Positions 22,960 through 35,200 of a DNA stretch of 64,000 bases are shown piece after piece (position 1 is the stretch's first letter; the number at the start of each line of letters is the position of its first letter). Position numbers and translations under genes: made by a program. Source of the stretch: Massalongia carnosa (taxonomy: Eukaryota); assembly GCA_965645245.1 (NCBI GenBank), contig OZ287069.1:1364001-1428000 (forward strand), in the 5' to 3' direction. The notes below the pieces were generated by a model. It saw only the letters and a program-made list of their open reading frames with translations. It did not search any database and was not told the origin of the DNA.

Positions 22960-23989
22960 TGTAATGGGCTACGAGACCAGTAAGCTTATCACGAGCGACA
23001 CTGATCTCGAAAGGGGAAATGCTCAGCGTGAGAGGAGGAAGATAGCTACTACGTGCTAGTCTCCAAGAGTATACGTGATCCAAAGAACTAATGGATGTGG
23101 AAGTGCTTAGACCAAGAGATCTCGTCCGAGACCCAAACGTAGGTTGTTCATAGAATAAAGACTAATTGCTAACGAATACTACAAGATTCGTTCTGATATT
23201 TATCCTACTCACCCCAAGCCTATAGCCTTGGGAGCCTTGGAACCTTAGGAGCCTTGCAAGCCTTGGGAGTCTTGCGAGCATTACAGCCTTGCAATCCAAA
23301 TCCGACTTTATCGCATTACATCCAACCATCCCTCAGGATCCATCCACGAACTCGGCGTTCGCTGGATCATCTAGTCAGCCTCGAGCAGCCTTCTAGATCT
23401 TCCCTTGCAAGGTAGAACAATTCTACCCCCGGCTAGATCCCTCACTACATGCCTCAGGCTATGTAGCTTCATTTCGCCGTCACCACTACCTAGTGATGGA
23501 AGGTTACCTCCGACTGAATACCTCGCTACACTGCGGACCTGCCTCTAGACACAAGGTCTAGATAACGAGGTCATGTAGGTTCATTCAGCCGACATCACTA
23601 CCAACGTAGTAATAAAGGTTGAAGCTGAAGTTTACACCAGGGAGCCTAGCTCAAGCTGCGTCCAGCGAGCCGTGCCTCCTGCTACCTCTCTTGATCCATC
23701 AAGAGATCCAGTAGCTCCGAGTAGGCCAGTAGATCCCATATAGAGTTCCTTGGTGTCTCCACAGGAGTCCGCCTTACACTCCATGGCAATCTACCACCAC
23801 GGCCTCGACAGGTGTTTGATCTGTAAGTAGTCAAGAACGTGATAACAATAACTCCGAAGTTTCGGGGCAAGATGGCAGTGTGTCAGCCTCGACGGCTTAT
23901 GCGACTTCGTACTACGGCATGGTCCACGCTAGTTAATCCCGCAACCGCCATAGGCGATCACGTATCCCTCTAGCGCCATCCGTATTACA
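22960..23989. mobile_element. 1030-bp solo LTR, copy 2
   Basis: Near-identical to 21172-22201, same orientation, own TSD ACCCT (22955-22959, 23990-23994). Confidence 0.85.
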
Positions 23990-24840
23990 ACCCTGTACGA
24001 TTATCATTGGAGGGGGGGGATAGTCGCCGGCAGCATTGATAGTCTCAATAACTGTCGCAGATCTGCGATTTTCCGGGCTGACGTCGTAGAATTGTTTGAT
24101 TTCCTCAGGAACAATGATTTCCTGACCCCTCATGCATCCAACCCAAAAACCAGCTTCATCAAAGTTCAAAATGTTCCGACTTTTTGGAATTTTCAACTCT
24201 TTCAACACCTCTCTATACCTTTCAAACCATTCCATCACATCTGATTCTTGGGCAGCTTTATAACGAATCATTGCTAGTGGTTTTGTCTTTATTTTATGAA
24301 GTTTGTTACATTTCCACCAGCTCCGAAACCATCTTCTTGACGGGCCTACCTCGAGGGGGTTATAGGCCTTTTCAGAATTACAATAGCCTTGAAGACCATC
24401 TGATGTGTAGGAAGAATTCCATGAATCAATAAGGACTTAATAAAGCCAGTAATTGACCTTGCCTCATGCTCCCTCAGTATCTGATTTTGTCCTCCAATTT
24501 TCCTCCCTTCTGGTCGACGAATGGAAGACGTCAAAGTTTTGACGTTGATATTGTAGATTCTAGCTGCAGTCGTTCTACTTTCTTTGGGATGATTTGTCAG
24601 AAATTCCTTCGCCTTTTTCAATCTTTCCATGGGGTTGAGAGTGGAGACAAGGGAGGCGTCGTTATCCATGATTCGAAAGGGGAGATTGGTTCGGGGGATT
24701 GATTCGAAAGGAAAGGATTTGAATTGATAATCAGTTGGGTCGGAGAAATGATTTTCAAGCTATGTACGGTATCGGCTGATTTTTAATCAATGTGGTTGTT
24801 GGTCAATGATCAAAAAGATGAAGAAATTTGAATTTGGGGG

Positions 24841-25126
24841 GATGCAACCGCTTTCCGGGATGCAACCGCTTTCCGGGATGCAACCGCTTTCCGGGATGCA
24901 ACCGCTTTCCGGGATGCAACCGCTTTCCGGGATGCAACCGCTTTCCGGGATGCAACCGCTTTCCGGGATGCAACCGCTTTCCGGGATGCAACCGCTTTCC
25001 GGGATGCAACCGCTTTCCGGGATGCAACCGCTTTCCGGGATGCAACCGCTTTCCGGGATGCAACCGCTTTCCGGGATGCAACCGCTTTCCGGGATGCAAC
25101 CGCTTTCCGGGATGCAACCGCTTTCC
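24841..25126. repeat. 18-bp tandem array (GATGCAACCGCTTTCCGG) x16 within the pogo TIR
   Basis: Units every 18 bp from 24841 to 25111, identical except the end of the last unit. The opposite TIR has only two inverted units (~10968-11003). Confidence 0.97.
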
Positions 25127-25265
25127 CCGACTAAAATGCGGTCGACATTTTTCAAGTCGGATCCCGGAGGTAAGCGAGCCGACGATTAGAAGCTCCCGGC
25201 CATTTCAGGGTCCGCGCAGACCCTTTTGCAAGCGACAGTACCTCGGCACTGTGACAGTTATTTTT

Positions 25266-25866
25266 TCACCCGCGTGCCAACTCATACGTCCAATCTCCCT
25301 CATTCAGCTCCGGAATTAATGCCTGCACCGGAGTAAATGGGCCGAGCGCCTCGCGACGAAGCTGTACCTTGAAGTTATAGATATCCCGAGGCTTAAACAG
25401 AGGATTGATGATGTATGGATCTTCTGGATCGTTATTTACTCCCGTCGTCGGATCAGGAATACGAAGACTAGATAGTATCTTTGGAGGTGCTGTCTGGACG
25501 GTCAATGCTCGAGAAATTTCGCTTTAACCTCCGTTGTCATCGCCATTTTCCTCAATGCTGGATGAGCACCAGCGAGAGTGGATGTATGATTATGAGACGA
25601 TGTGACGACCTCCAGAAACCATATACCACTCTCGTTTTCCCGCGTGGCCACGCAAGAAAAAGGACATTCAATACGTCTGCTTCCTGTATGTCGTTGATCC
25701 TGGCCCTTTGGTTCATTAAATTTCCTTCCTCGATCGCACACCAGCCATGCCTTTCTCGTCACCTTGAGCTTTGATTTCTTGGTACGACCCAAGACAACAG
25801 CGTATCCTTGACGACCGGCATGTTCATTCACACGTAGAATAAGGTCTTTCAGAGATTCAAAGCTTT
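25266..25866 (-). pseudogene. Fragment of a second MULE transposase (FAR1/WRKY-like DNA-binding region)
   Basis: HAGRQGYAVV...LVCDRG...SRRIECPF...HNH, then PRDIYN..LRRE after a frameshift. Cut at 25867 by a gypsy LTR. Confidence 0.8.
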
Positions 25867-27461
25867 TGTCACGGTTCAACCTCAGCCACCCAAGGCCAAT
25901 CAAAGGAAAGTACGGCATCTGCCGGCGCACTAACCGCTTCCGTTACTCAACCCTAGCAATCATAGGGGCAATCAACGGAGGTCTGAAGGGACTGAAAGGG
26001 ACGCATCGGAACGACCTTCTAAAGCAAACACAAATGGATGAAAGGGATAAAGGGCAGAAAGACTGTTTAACCAAACTGTTCATTTATTAATGAAGATACA
26101 AGCAGCTGGATCGGGCCAAGCGATTATCTGTATAGACTCCTAGAGAGGGCACCTTTTGCTTATTTCCTTTCTGCATCTTTGATATTTTCTAGTGCATAGC
26201 TTCCCAGTAGATAGTCAATTCCACATCCTGGTTGAACCGTCACATAATATCAAAGATCTCTTTTTACCCTGCTATCCATCGTGGAGGATACAAAATAACC
26301 CACCCCATAGATCCAGAACCAGAAGGCCACCACCCCTACAGCGTGGCATCCAGAACCAGAATTACCCCATAGATCCAGAACCAGAAGGCCCCCACCCCTA
26401 CAGCGTGGCACCCAGAACCCTACTTAGATCCAGAACCAGAATTAGAGACCATGGCGAATCGTCATGAAAAAGAACCAGAACTAGAACCAGAACAGGACTC
26501 CGTTCATTATCCGGCCCTGCCAGAAGAAGAAACTCAACTGGAATCAGAAGACCCTTCCATGATCCAGACCATAGAACATCTGAGGACATGGATGCTCTAG
26601 GATGAGCAGGCAGTGTTACAGATGATCCTAGCCATCAAGGAAAGTTATGAAGAAGCCCAAGCTGAAGCGGCCAAAGGAAAAAACACCACGAGCCAACTCC
26701 TCTCCCTGATGGAAACAACAAGAAGGAGTAGTGAATTACTTACAAAAGGAAGTCGAAAAGCTTAGGTTGACATTGATCGAAGAGCGACGACCGGATGTTG
26801 CTACTACCTCTTTTTCCACCATCAGTCAGAAGGAAAAATGTTCCATGAAGCTTCCTGACCCACCGGTATTTTCCGACGGAAAGGAACCGAACATCGATCA
26901 TTGGCTAGCCAAAATGCGAAGCAAGTTGTTGGCCAATGAGGACCATATGCCAACCGAGATATTGCGAAAAGCCTATGTAGAGAACCGAGTGAATGGTGAT
27001 GCCATGCGACACATGGAAGCCAGACTGAGGAAAGGGGCCGCCAAACCTTTCGAGACCGCTGAGGAAATGTTGGAATTTTTGGAACGAATTTATGGGGACC
27101 CCAATCGAAAACACACTGCTATGAAGGCATTTAGGGCCTTGCGCATGGGAAGTAAGGACTTCATTTCTTTCTGGTCCGAATTTCAACGACTATCTTCGGA
27201 GTTAGATTATAGCCCCTCCACCCTTATTGATGAACTCACTCACAAGCTCTCCTTGGACATGAAAAAGCAACTGGCCATCGGAAATCAGGAACCCACGGAC
27301 ATTTATGAGTATGCTCATCGTTGCCAGCGAATTTTTCAAGCTTTGAAAGATGTCGAGAGTTCAAAAGCGAGCTATGATCGCATGAACGAAGGAAGGAAAA
27401 ACGTCATCAAAGCATCAACACCCTTCAAGCCTAGAGTGGACACTCCTGCATCCAAACCTTC

Positions 27462-27980
27462 TATTGGAATTTGCCGAGATACCTGAATATTTGCGACCGA
27501 GGTTCTTTTGCCTCCTGCTTACTAATTTCCAGATTAGGCAATCATATGCTATATGCGAAAAGCTTCAGATTTCGGCACGACTTCGGCAACTACGAGGAGG
27601 CAAAAGTATGCAGCAAGAATGCTACATTTCGGAGGCAATTCAGCTGTTCATGATTACTGAGTGTCTCGGTGTCTCCGGTCAGCAACGAGGTGTATTTTGC
27701 CCAGCTGAAAAGGTTCAAAGGAAGCAGGTTCATGCATTTGATATAGGCCGAGATGGAGGCCCTCAAGCAATATAAAGAGACGATGATTCCTCATGTAATT
27801 TAGCTATTCAGTCGTTCAGAATTCAGTTCAGCAGATAGCTAAATTTGGAGTATCTTCACTGGAAATACGGAGTACCTGCATCACGTTTGCCAAGCACTTC
27901 TCTTTGCCTATCCTTGATAGCCCTAGACCCTCTTCTCCTGCATCCCGCTGCCGTATGCCTGGTTGATTTTTTGTTCAACA
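27462..27980. mobile_element. 519-bp solo LTR in the decayed gag
   Basis: TSD CCTTC (27457-27461, 27981-27985). Termini TATTG...CAACA. gag resumes after it with the zinc knuckle. Confidence 0.78.
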
Positions 27981-30406
27981 CCTTCAACCTTACCTTCTCA
28001 ATCCGTCCCTATTGAACCTGCTGTCACATCGGGACGTTTGACTGAGGTGGAACGAGAACAATTAACGAAGGAAGGTAGGTGTTTTTACTGCAAAGAAAAG
28101 GGACATTTGGCAAAAGACTGTAGCAAAACTTCCAAAGCCACTATCCACGAAATGAGCGGCGAGACGGGAAAAGAATAACTTCATCTGAAGGCGCGGATGA
28201 GGAGGAACCTCTATTGATCTCCTCTTCCTATTTACCTGGTGATTTGTTCACCGATGAACCTTTTGTACATGCATGTACGTTAGGTAATAAGAATGAGATA
28301 AAGCTTGATGCTCTTTTAGACACCGGTGCTACGGGACATGCTTTTATCGACGAATCAATGGTGCGCACTATTTGTGAACAACTTCAAATCGAACCCCAGA
28401 AACTGACGAAACCCAAAGCGGTGCGAGGATTTGATGGACGACGGGCCCCTAATATTACCCATGCCATTTATCCCACCATGACGATGCAGGATCATCGTGA
28501 GAACTTATTACCATTGCTGATCACCAAATTAGGACAGCACGGAATGATTCTAGGAAAACCTTGGATGAGGAAGCACGGACTCCTCCTAGATATGGAGGAC
28601 GACAAGATCATGTTCTAGCCTAGGCATTGCACCCATCCTGGCGCCCCTGAACTGCCAACACCAATGAAAATGATGAGGCAGACAACGTCGGCTTCGAACA
28701 AACCAGAACAGACCCGAACGGTCCGACAAATCCTGGTCCGACCGGAAGAGACCTGTATGGAACGATCCGCCCCATTGTCGGTACCATTTAAAAAAATCGG
28801 AAAAGGACTATCAGAAAGAATATCACAAAAGTCATCTGCCGAAGATAAGCCGATAGACTGCGCACTCATAGGGGCTGCGGCCTACAAATCAATGACCAAG
28901 GAGAAAGACGTTCAACTATTCGCAATTTCTCTGAGGGACATTGACTATCAACTAAACAAGGAAAGTTCGACTCCTACAGACCCGAAGACCAAAGTTCCTG
29001 AAGAATATCATGACTTTCTGGAGGTATTCTCCAAAGCTGAATCAGATGAGCTAGCACCTCATCGCCCATACGATCACAGGATCCTGTTGACCGGAGATCA
29101 AGATCATGGACACAGCTATTTGAGGAGTATGTCCCGCATGGAATTGGAGTTCATGAAGAAATATCTAGAGGACAATCTAAGAAAGGGGTTCATAGAGGCC
29201 AGTGATGCCGCATGTTCTTCTCCTATCCTATTAGCCAAGAAACCAGGTGGAGGACTCCGTTTCTGTGTTGATTACAGAAAATTGAGCCAACTAAGTAAGA
29301 AAGATAGATATCCATTGCCCTTGATTGATGAAACGCTAGCCCAGTTGAAGGAAGCCAAAGTGTTTTCCAAACTGGACATTCGACAAGCCTTTCACAAGCT
29401 GAGAATGGCCAGGGAATCCGAGGACCTTACAACCTTCAATTGCCGCTTTGGAGCGTACAAATACAAGGTGTTACCATTCGGACTGACCGGAGGACCTTCT
29501 TCCTGGCAGCATTTCATCAATGACATTCTGTTCGAGTACCTGGATAAATTCTGCTCTGCCTACTTGGACGACATCTTGATCTACAGCAAGAATATTACAG
29601 AACATCGAGAACATGTCCGAAAAGTGTTGGCCAAACTTCAGGGAGCTGGTCTTCAAGTGGATGTAGATAAGTGCGAATTTCATGTTATTGAAGTCAAGTA
29701 ATTGGAGTTAATCATCACCACGGAAGGAATAAAAATGGATCCAGCCAAGGTTCAGGCCATAGTCAGTTGGGAAGTCCCCACCTGTCTTCGTGAAGTGCGA
29801 TCTTTCATAGGATTCTGTAACTTTTATCGACGTTTCATAAGAGGCTTTTCCAAAATCGCTGGTTCACTGAACGCTTTGGCGAAAAAGGGAAAATTATTCG
29901 AATGGAATGAAGTCTGTGAACAAGCATTTCAAAGATTGAAACAGAGAGTTATTGAAGCACCAGTCCTAGCTCACTTCGACCGGAAGAAACAATGTTATCT
30001 GGAAACGGACTCGTCAGACCACGTCAATGGAGGAATAATGTCTCAGAACGGAGAGGATGGAAAGTTGCAACCAGTCGCCTTCTTCTCCAAGAACCTCAAC
30101 CCCGCTGAATGCAACTATGAAATCTATGACAAGGAGCTGCTGGCCATTATCCGATGTTTCAAACAATGGAGGCCCGAATTGGAAAGCACCGAGCTACCCG
30201 TTAAAATCTTCACCGACCATAAAAGCCTGGAATATTTTATGACCACAAAGAAACTCACCAGACGACAGGCCCGATGGGCCGAGTTCCTCTCAGAGTTCAA
30301 CTTTGTCATCACCTATAGGACGGGCAAGCAAAATGAAAAAGCTGATGCTCTTACACGTCGTCCGAACGACAAGCCACCGGATGACGAAGATGAAAGACAA
30401 AAGCAT

Positions 30407-30667
30407 TGTTGAGTTAAATAGGTAGGTAATAGTATGTGTGGGAAGGATTGATTATTCTATCTAGGTGGCTATCTACTATGTTTATATAGCTAGATAGATG
30501 AGAGATGAATAAGATAGAGAGCAGGCACAGCGGCAGGGCAGGTTTGCCTTGAATCTCCCTGCCGTACCACCTCATTAGCTAGCCGTGTGCGGATCACTTG
30601 AGACGTTATTCCCAAGCCGTTATGTTGCCGTCTGGCACGGCACATAGGATGGCTGTCTCATCTAACA
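30407..30667 (-). mobile_element. 261-bp copia solo LTR in the decayed pol
   Basis: TSD AGCAT. Reverse complement of the LTR at 41375-41635. Confidence 0.9.
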
Positions 30668-32278
30668 AGCATCAATTACAAACGGTGTTGACCTCAGATA
30701 GACTAGACCTTCAACCAATCGAGATCATCGATGAAGACCCTACCCTCGCAGAAAAGATCAAACATAGAAATCTTTCAGATGAGACCTGCAACTGAATGAG
30801 GAGTAAGCTGACCGAAGAGGACTATGAAGAATCACTGGAACTAGACCCGCTCCCCAGCATCAAGGATTGTGTAATCAAGGAAGGCCACCTCTATAAAGCC
30901 GAACGCTTATGGGTTCCCGCTGACGATGATTTGATCCTCGATGTAATTCGACAAATTTATGATCAAGTAGCAGTTGGACATCCCGGAATGGCAAAAACAC
31001 AACGAAAAATCGCCAGGGACTACTACTGGCCAGGCATATTGAACTCCATTCGGCGTTATGTCAGAAATTGCCATGTGTGCAAACGAGCCAAAGCACCTAG
31101 GGACAAATACAATGGAGTACTGAAACCCCTGCCGGTTCCTGAAAGACCATGGACAGACATTTCGTTGGATTATGTAACTGGACTTCCAGAATCCCAAAAT
31201 GGTCACAATGCAATTTTGATGGTAGTCGACCGATTGTCAAAGGAACGGCACTACATTCCATGCACGGCCAAGGACGAGGGAACAACCGCTGAAGCCACCG
31301 CTAAACTGCTGATTGGGAATGTTTGGAGGTATCACGGCCTCCCAGCCAGTATGATTTCTGATCGAGGACCGCAGTTCGTTTCCGACACCTGGAAGGGCAT
31401 GTGTAAAATCCTAGGAATCACCGCAAAGCTTTCCACCGCATTTCATCCCGAACGGACGGCCAAAGCGAAATAGCCAATCAAGAAATGGAACGACACCTCC
31501 GGAGTTTCACCAATTACTTTCAGGACAACTGGGTTGAACTATTGCCAATGGCCGAGTTTGCGGCGAACTCCGAGGAATCAGAAACCACCCACCTTTCACC
31601 TTTTATGGCCAATCGAGGTTATAAACCAAGGATGAGTTTTAGTTTGACCGACTTGTCGGCCGACACCACCCGTCAAAGACTCGCCAACGAAAAAGCCAAG
31701 GACATCACCTAGGACATGGAGAAAGTTTGGGACTTCGTCCGAAACAGCATGACCAAAGCTCAGGAAAGACAAAGGACCGCCGCGGACCGGCACCGAAACG
31801 AAGTCACTTATGAGGAAGGACACATGGTCTGGTTATCCACCAAAACCATCCAAACCGAAAGAAGCTCCAAAAAGCTGGACCATAAAATGATTGGACCATA
31901 CCGAGTAGAAGAACTCATCGGATCCGCATGCCGATTAAAGCTACCAGCTTCCATGAAAATTCATGATGTCTTTCATACCAGCTTATTGAGAAAAACAGCT
32001 GATGACCCTCTACCCGGACAATTAAATGAACCACCTCCTCCGGTAATAGTAGACGACAAGGATGAATGGGAGATGGATGACATACTGGACGCTCGGAGGT
32101 ACTATCGAAAGGTTCAATTCAAAGTCAAATGGAAGGATCATGATGAAGATAGACAATGGTACGACGCAACTGGTTTCGAAAATGCTAAGGACATAGTAGA
32201 AGATTTCTATCTTCGACACCCTAACAAGCCTCGATGGAGCATTTCCTGATTATGATAGTCACTTTTGGTGCTAAAAAC

Positions 32279-35200
32279 TGTTTAAAATAGGAGGGATGGA
32301 TGGAGAATGATGGACCCAATGCACAGAAAATAGGTGGCAGATTGCCAGAAGTCTCTGGATAGTACAGAACTTCTATGAATGAAATAATTCAGATTATTGC
32401 GACTAATCTCTAAGCTATGCGTAAGAGTGATGTTATATACATGTTGATCACAGAACATTCGAGATTCTCCTCGAACGTCTATAGACCTGAATTTCTAAGC
32501 ATCGAAGATACCAGAAATTCTCAGATGTAACTATTCCCATATCAGTAAAATACGCGAGGGCATTCGCACATTACGTCAGATATGATCTAGCTGGCTTGGC
32601 ATTCGCAACACTCCCACTGCAAAGTCAGCTGAGAAATTTTAACAGAAAAAATACCTGTATCCCTAACACCTAAACCGTTTATCAATCTATGTCAATTCAC
32701 CTCTTCCGTATGCAATTTGAATTTGGTTTGGACCTGTTGTGTGCAATCTGATTTGGTCCATTAGCTCCCACTGAGCCTGTGTTCCCCTTTCTTATTCCAC
32801 CTCTTGCACACCAAGCTTGGCTCGTAGTTCTTTGAACATGGTTGCTCCCAAGGGCTTGGTGAATATATCAGCTATCATCTCGTGTGTGGATACGTGACCA
32901 GTTGAAGCATAGCCATCGTTGATGACTTCGCGAAGGTAGTGGAGTTGGATATCTATGTGATTTGATCGGCTATGATGCTCGGGGTTTCTGATCAAGTCGA
33001 GGGTTCCCTGATTATCACCGTTCAGCTTGATCGGGAAGTTCATATGCTTGCCAAATCCCAATTCATTCATCCACCTTGTCACCCATACGATATCCTTGCC
33101 TGCTTGGCACATGGATGAATATTCTGCCTCCATTGTTGACGTAACCACTGATCGTTGCTTCTTGCTTGCCCAAATCACTGCCCCATTGCCCAATAACATT
33201 GTATGCCCGTAGGTTGACTTGCGGTCATTGACGTCATCGCCGTATGCGGCATCCGCAAAGCTAAAGAGATCACCGTTACGGTTATGGTCGTATACGAGGG
33301 CTAGGTCGGCTGTCCCTTTGAGATATTTGAAGACTCGGTCAAGGGCTGTTCGGTGCCTCGTGGCTGGATCATGCGTGTACTGACTGAGTTTTCCAACTGC
33401 AAAAGCGAGGTCTGGCCTCGTGCTTACCATAGCGTACATGACACTGCCAATACGCTTCTGATATTCTAATTGATTGGTTCTGGGCTCGTCAGCCGTTGCA
33501 GGTGTAAGGCTTTCTTTCCCGTCTAATGGTGTTAGTACTGGATTGGCGTTATCCATCTGGTAATCGCGAAGGAAGTTCTTGATGTAGTTGGATTGATCGA
33601 GGAAAACCCGTTTTCCTTCACGTCGAATGCGAATACCCAACACGTACTGTGCTGGCCCTAGGTCTTTCATTTTGTACTCACGATTTAATAGCTCTTTGAC
33701 ATCTTTGATCGCTGTCTTGCTCTTTGAGAAAATTAGTAAATCATCTACGTACAACGCGATGATTACGTGCGAGGTTTGGTTGACGAAGACGCAATTATCG
33801 CCTGTGAGGGTCTTATAGCCAATAGAACGCAGGAATTTAGATATTCTTTCGTTCCACTCTCGTCCGGATTGCTTCAATCCGTAAAGGCCCTTCCGTAGTC
33901 GTAATACGCAGTCTTCATAGCCTGGTGGTGGCGTGAGGCCTTCGGGCATCTCCATGTAAATAATTTCTTCTAGATCCGCTTTAAGATAGGCATTCGGAAC
34001 ATCCATTTGCTCGATTTCAACCCCGAAATATGCTGCGAGCGACAAAAGCATCCGCAAAGATTCCTGACGGAGTGTGGGTGAAAAGGTCTCCTCGTAATCT
34101 AGGCCGAATATTTGTGTATATCCTCGTGCAACTAGGCGGGCCTTGTAGCGGTCTATGAAATTGTTGACCGTGTATTTTATCTTGAATACCCATTTGGACG
34201 TCACGATATTTCTGCCATGCGGCCGCTTACAATACTCCCATGTGCCATTAGCAATGAGGGCACAAAGCTCCTCGTCTATTGCTATTAGCCATTTACGCCA
34301 GTCAATGCATTTGATGGCTTCTTTATAGGAGCGGGGTTCGGATAGCTTGGGGGTTTGATAAACTTGCTTGTGACCACTCTGGTCTAGGTTTGCGTCCATG
34401 TCTGCTTTCCGAGCTATATGCCGTGTGCTTTATCGAAGCCGTACTTATCGAATGGCTTTCGTTCCCGCGTTGATCGACGAGTAGGCTTATTAGCAGAGGT
34501 TTGTATAGTGGAAGAAGAAGACTTGATGGTTGATGAAGATACGGAAGTGGAAGGGTTCGTAGGGGTGGAAGAGTTTCGATTATGATTTTGCGACCGGAAT
34601 GTTGAACCATCTGGTCGCTGATAAGCATTAGGGGATGAATCAGTGATAACTTGCTGATTTTCAGGATTTAATCCTGAAAACCCTCCTGAATTTTCGTCTC
34701 TAACCTGATTTTGAACACCCTCAGGCGCTCCCACTTGATCAGAATCAGGTTTATTTGTGTCATCCTCGTTATCTGTACTATTTTCGTCAGCATCATTAGT
34801 GACGCCGGACTGTACGAATGACTCGCGATCCTCATTTGGTTTTGCTCCTCCTAGAATGATCCCGCCGGGTGTATTTTCTAGGAACTTAATTGAAGTATGC
34901 CATTCTACCTTGCTCGTTTTTGGATTATAAATGCGATATTGGTTTAAAGAGTGATATCCGACGAAAATTCCTTGTCAGGATACTTTATCCAGCTTGGATC
35001 GATTTTCCTTCGGGATATGAACGTGAACCAGGCAGCCAAAGGTGCGTAGATGGCTGATGTCCGGTTTTTGCTCCGTCCATTTTTCTTCGGGTGACTGGTT
35101 AACTTTGGCGGTAGGAAGGAGGTTTCTGAGATAGTTAGCAGTCATTGCTGCTTCTCCCTAGAAGGAATGAGGCAATTTCGCCCATACGAGCATGGACCTA

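Larger units (their letters stand above)
11199..24669 (-). pseudogene. pogo/Fot1 (DDE_1-type) transposase split into five pieces
   Basis: Pieces 24669-23990 (HTH region, NFDEAGF, frameshift near 24350), 22959-22202 (LLLIDNYGSH, QPLDVGVF), 21171-21157, 17733-17352 and 11395-11199 read as one protein once the insertions are removed. Confidence 0.88.
10908..25186 (-). mobile_element. pogo/Fot1-like DNA transposon inserted in the right MULE TIR, carrying four nested LTR insertions
   Basis: TA TSD (10906-10907, 25187-25188). Long TIRs begin ATCGTCGGCTCGCTTACCTCCGGGATCCGACTTG (10908-~11092 versus ~24750-25186). Confidence 0.92.
2658..25197 (+). mobile_element. Mutator-like (MULE) DNA transposon expanded to 22.5 kb by nested insertions
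   Basis: 9-bp TSD GGCCATTTC at 2649-2657 and 25198-25206. Imperfect ~70-bp TIRs: 2658-2729 versus 10845-10907 plus 25189-25197 (right TIR split by a pogo insertion). Transposase at 3161-10618. Confidence 0.9.
25867..32249 (+). mobile_element. Decayed Ty3/gypsy chromovirus with 5' LTR (25867-26244) and no 3' LTR
   Basis: LTR termini TGTCACGGTTCAACC...GGTTGAACCGTCACA. gag/pol homologous to the elements at 11396 and 50334, with stops at 28616, 29699, 30793 and 31710, a frameshift near 31450 and two solo-LTR insertions. Chromodomain at the end. Confidence 0.9.

Noticed and set aside
21172..23989. One LTR retroelement with 1030-bp LTRs carrying a transposase ORF (22145-23083)
   Set aside because: Each repeat has its own TSD, no PBS/PPT is seen, and the interior is the continuous pogo transposase. 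The 312-aa ORF is a chimera of LTR and pogo sequence.
24787..25319. 18-bp array as a CRISPR array or as repeat proteins (ESGCIP, MQPLSG, CNRFPG, HPGKRL ORFs)
   Set aside because: Units are contiguous with no unique spacers, and no cas genes are present. An 18-bp stop-free unit is open in several frames by arithmetic, and it lies inside a TIR.
25867..25930. N-terminus of the 142-aa MULE ORF
   Set aside because: These codons come from the gypsy 5' LTR. MULE sequence starts at 25866.
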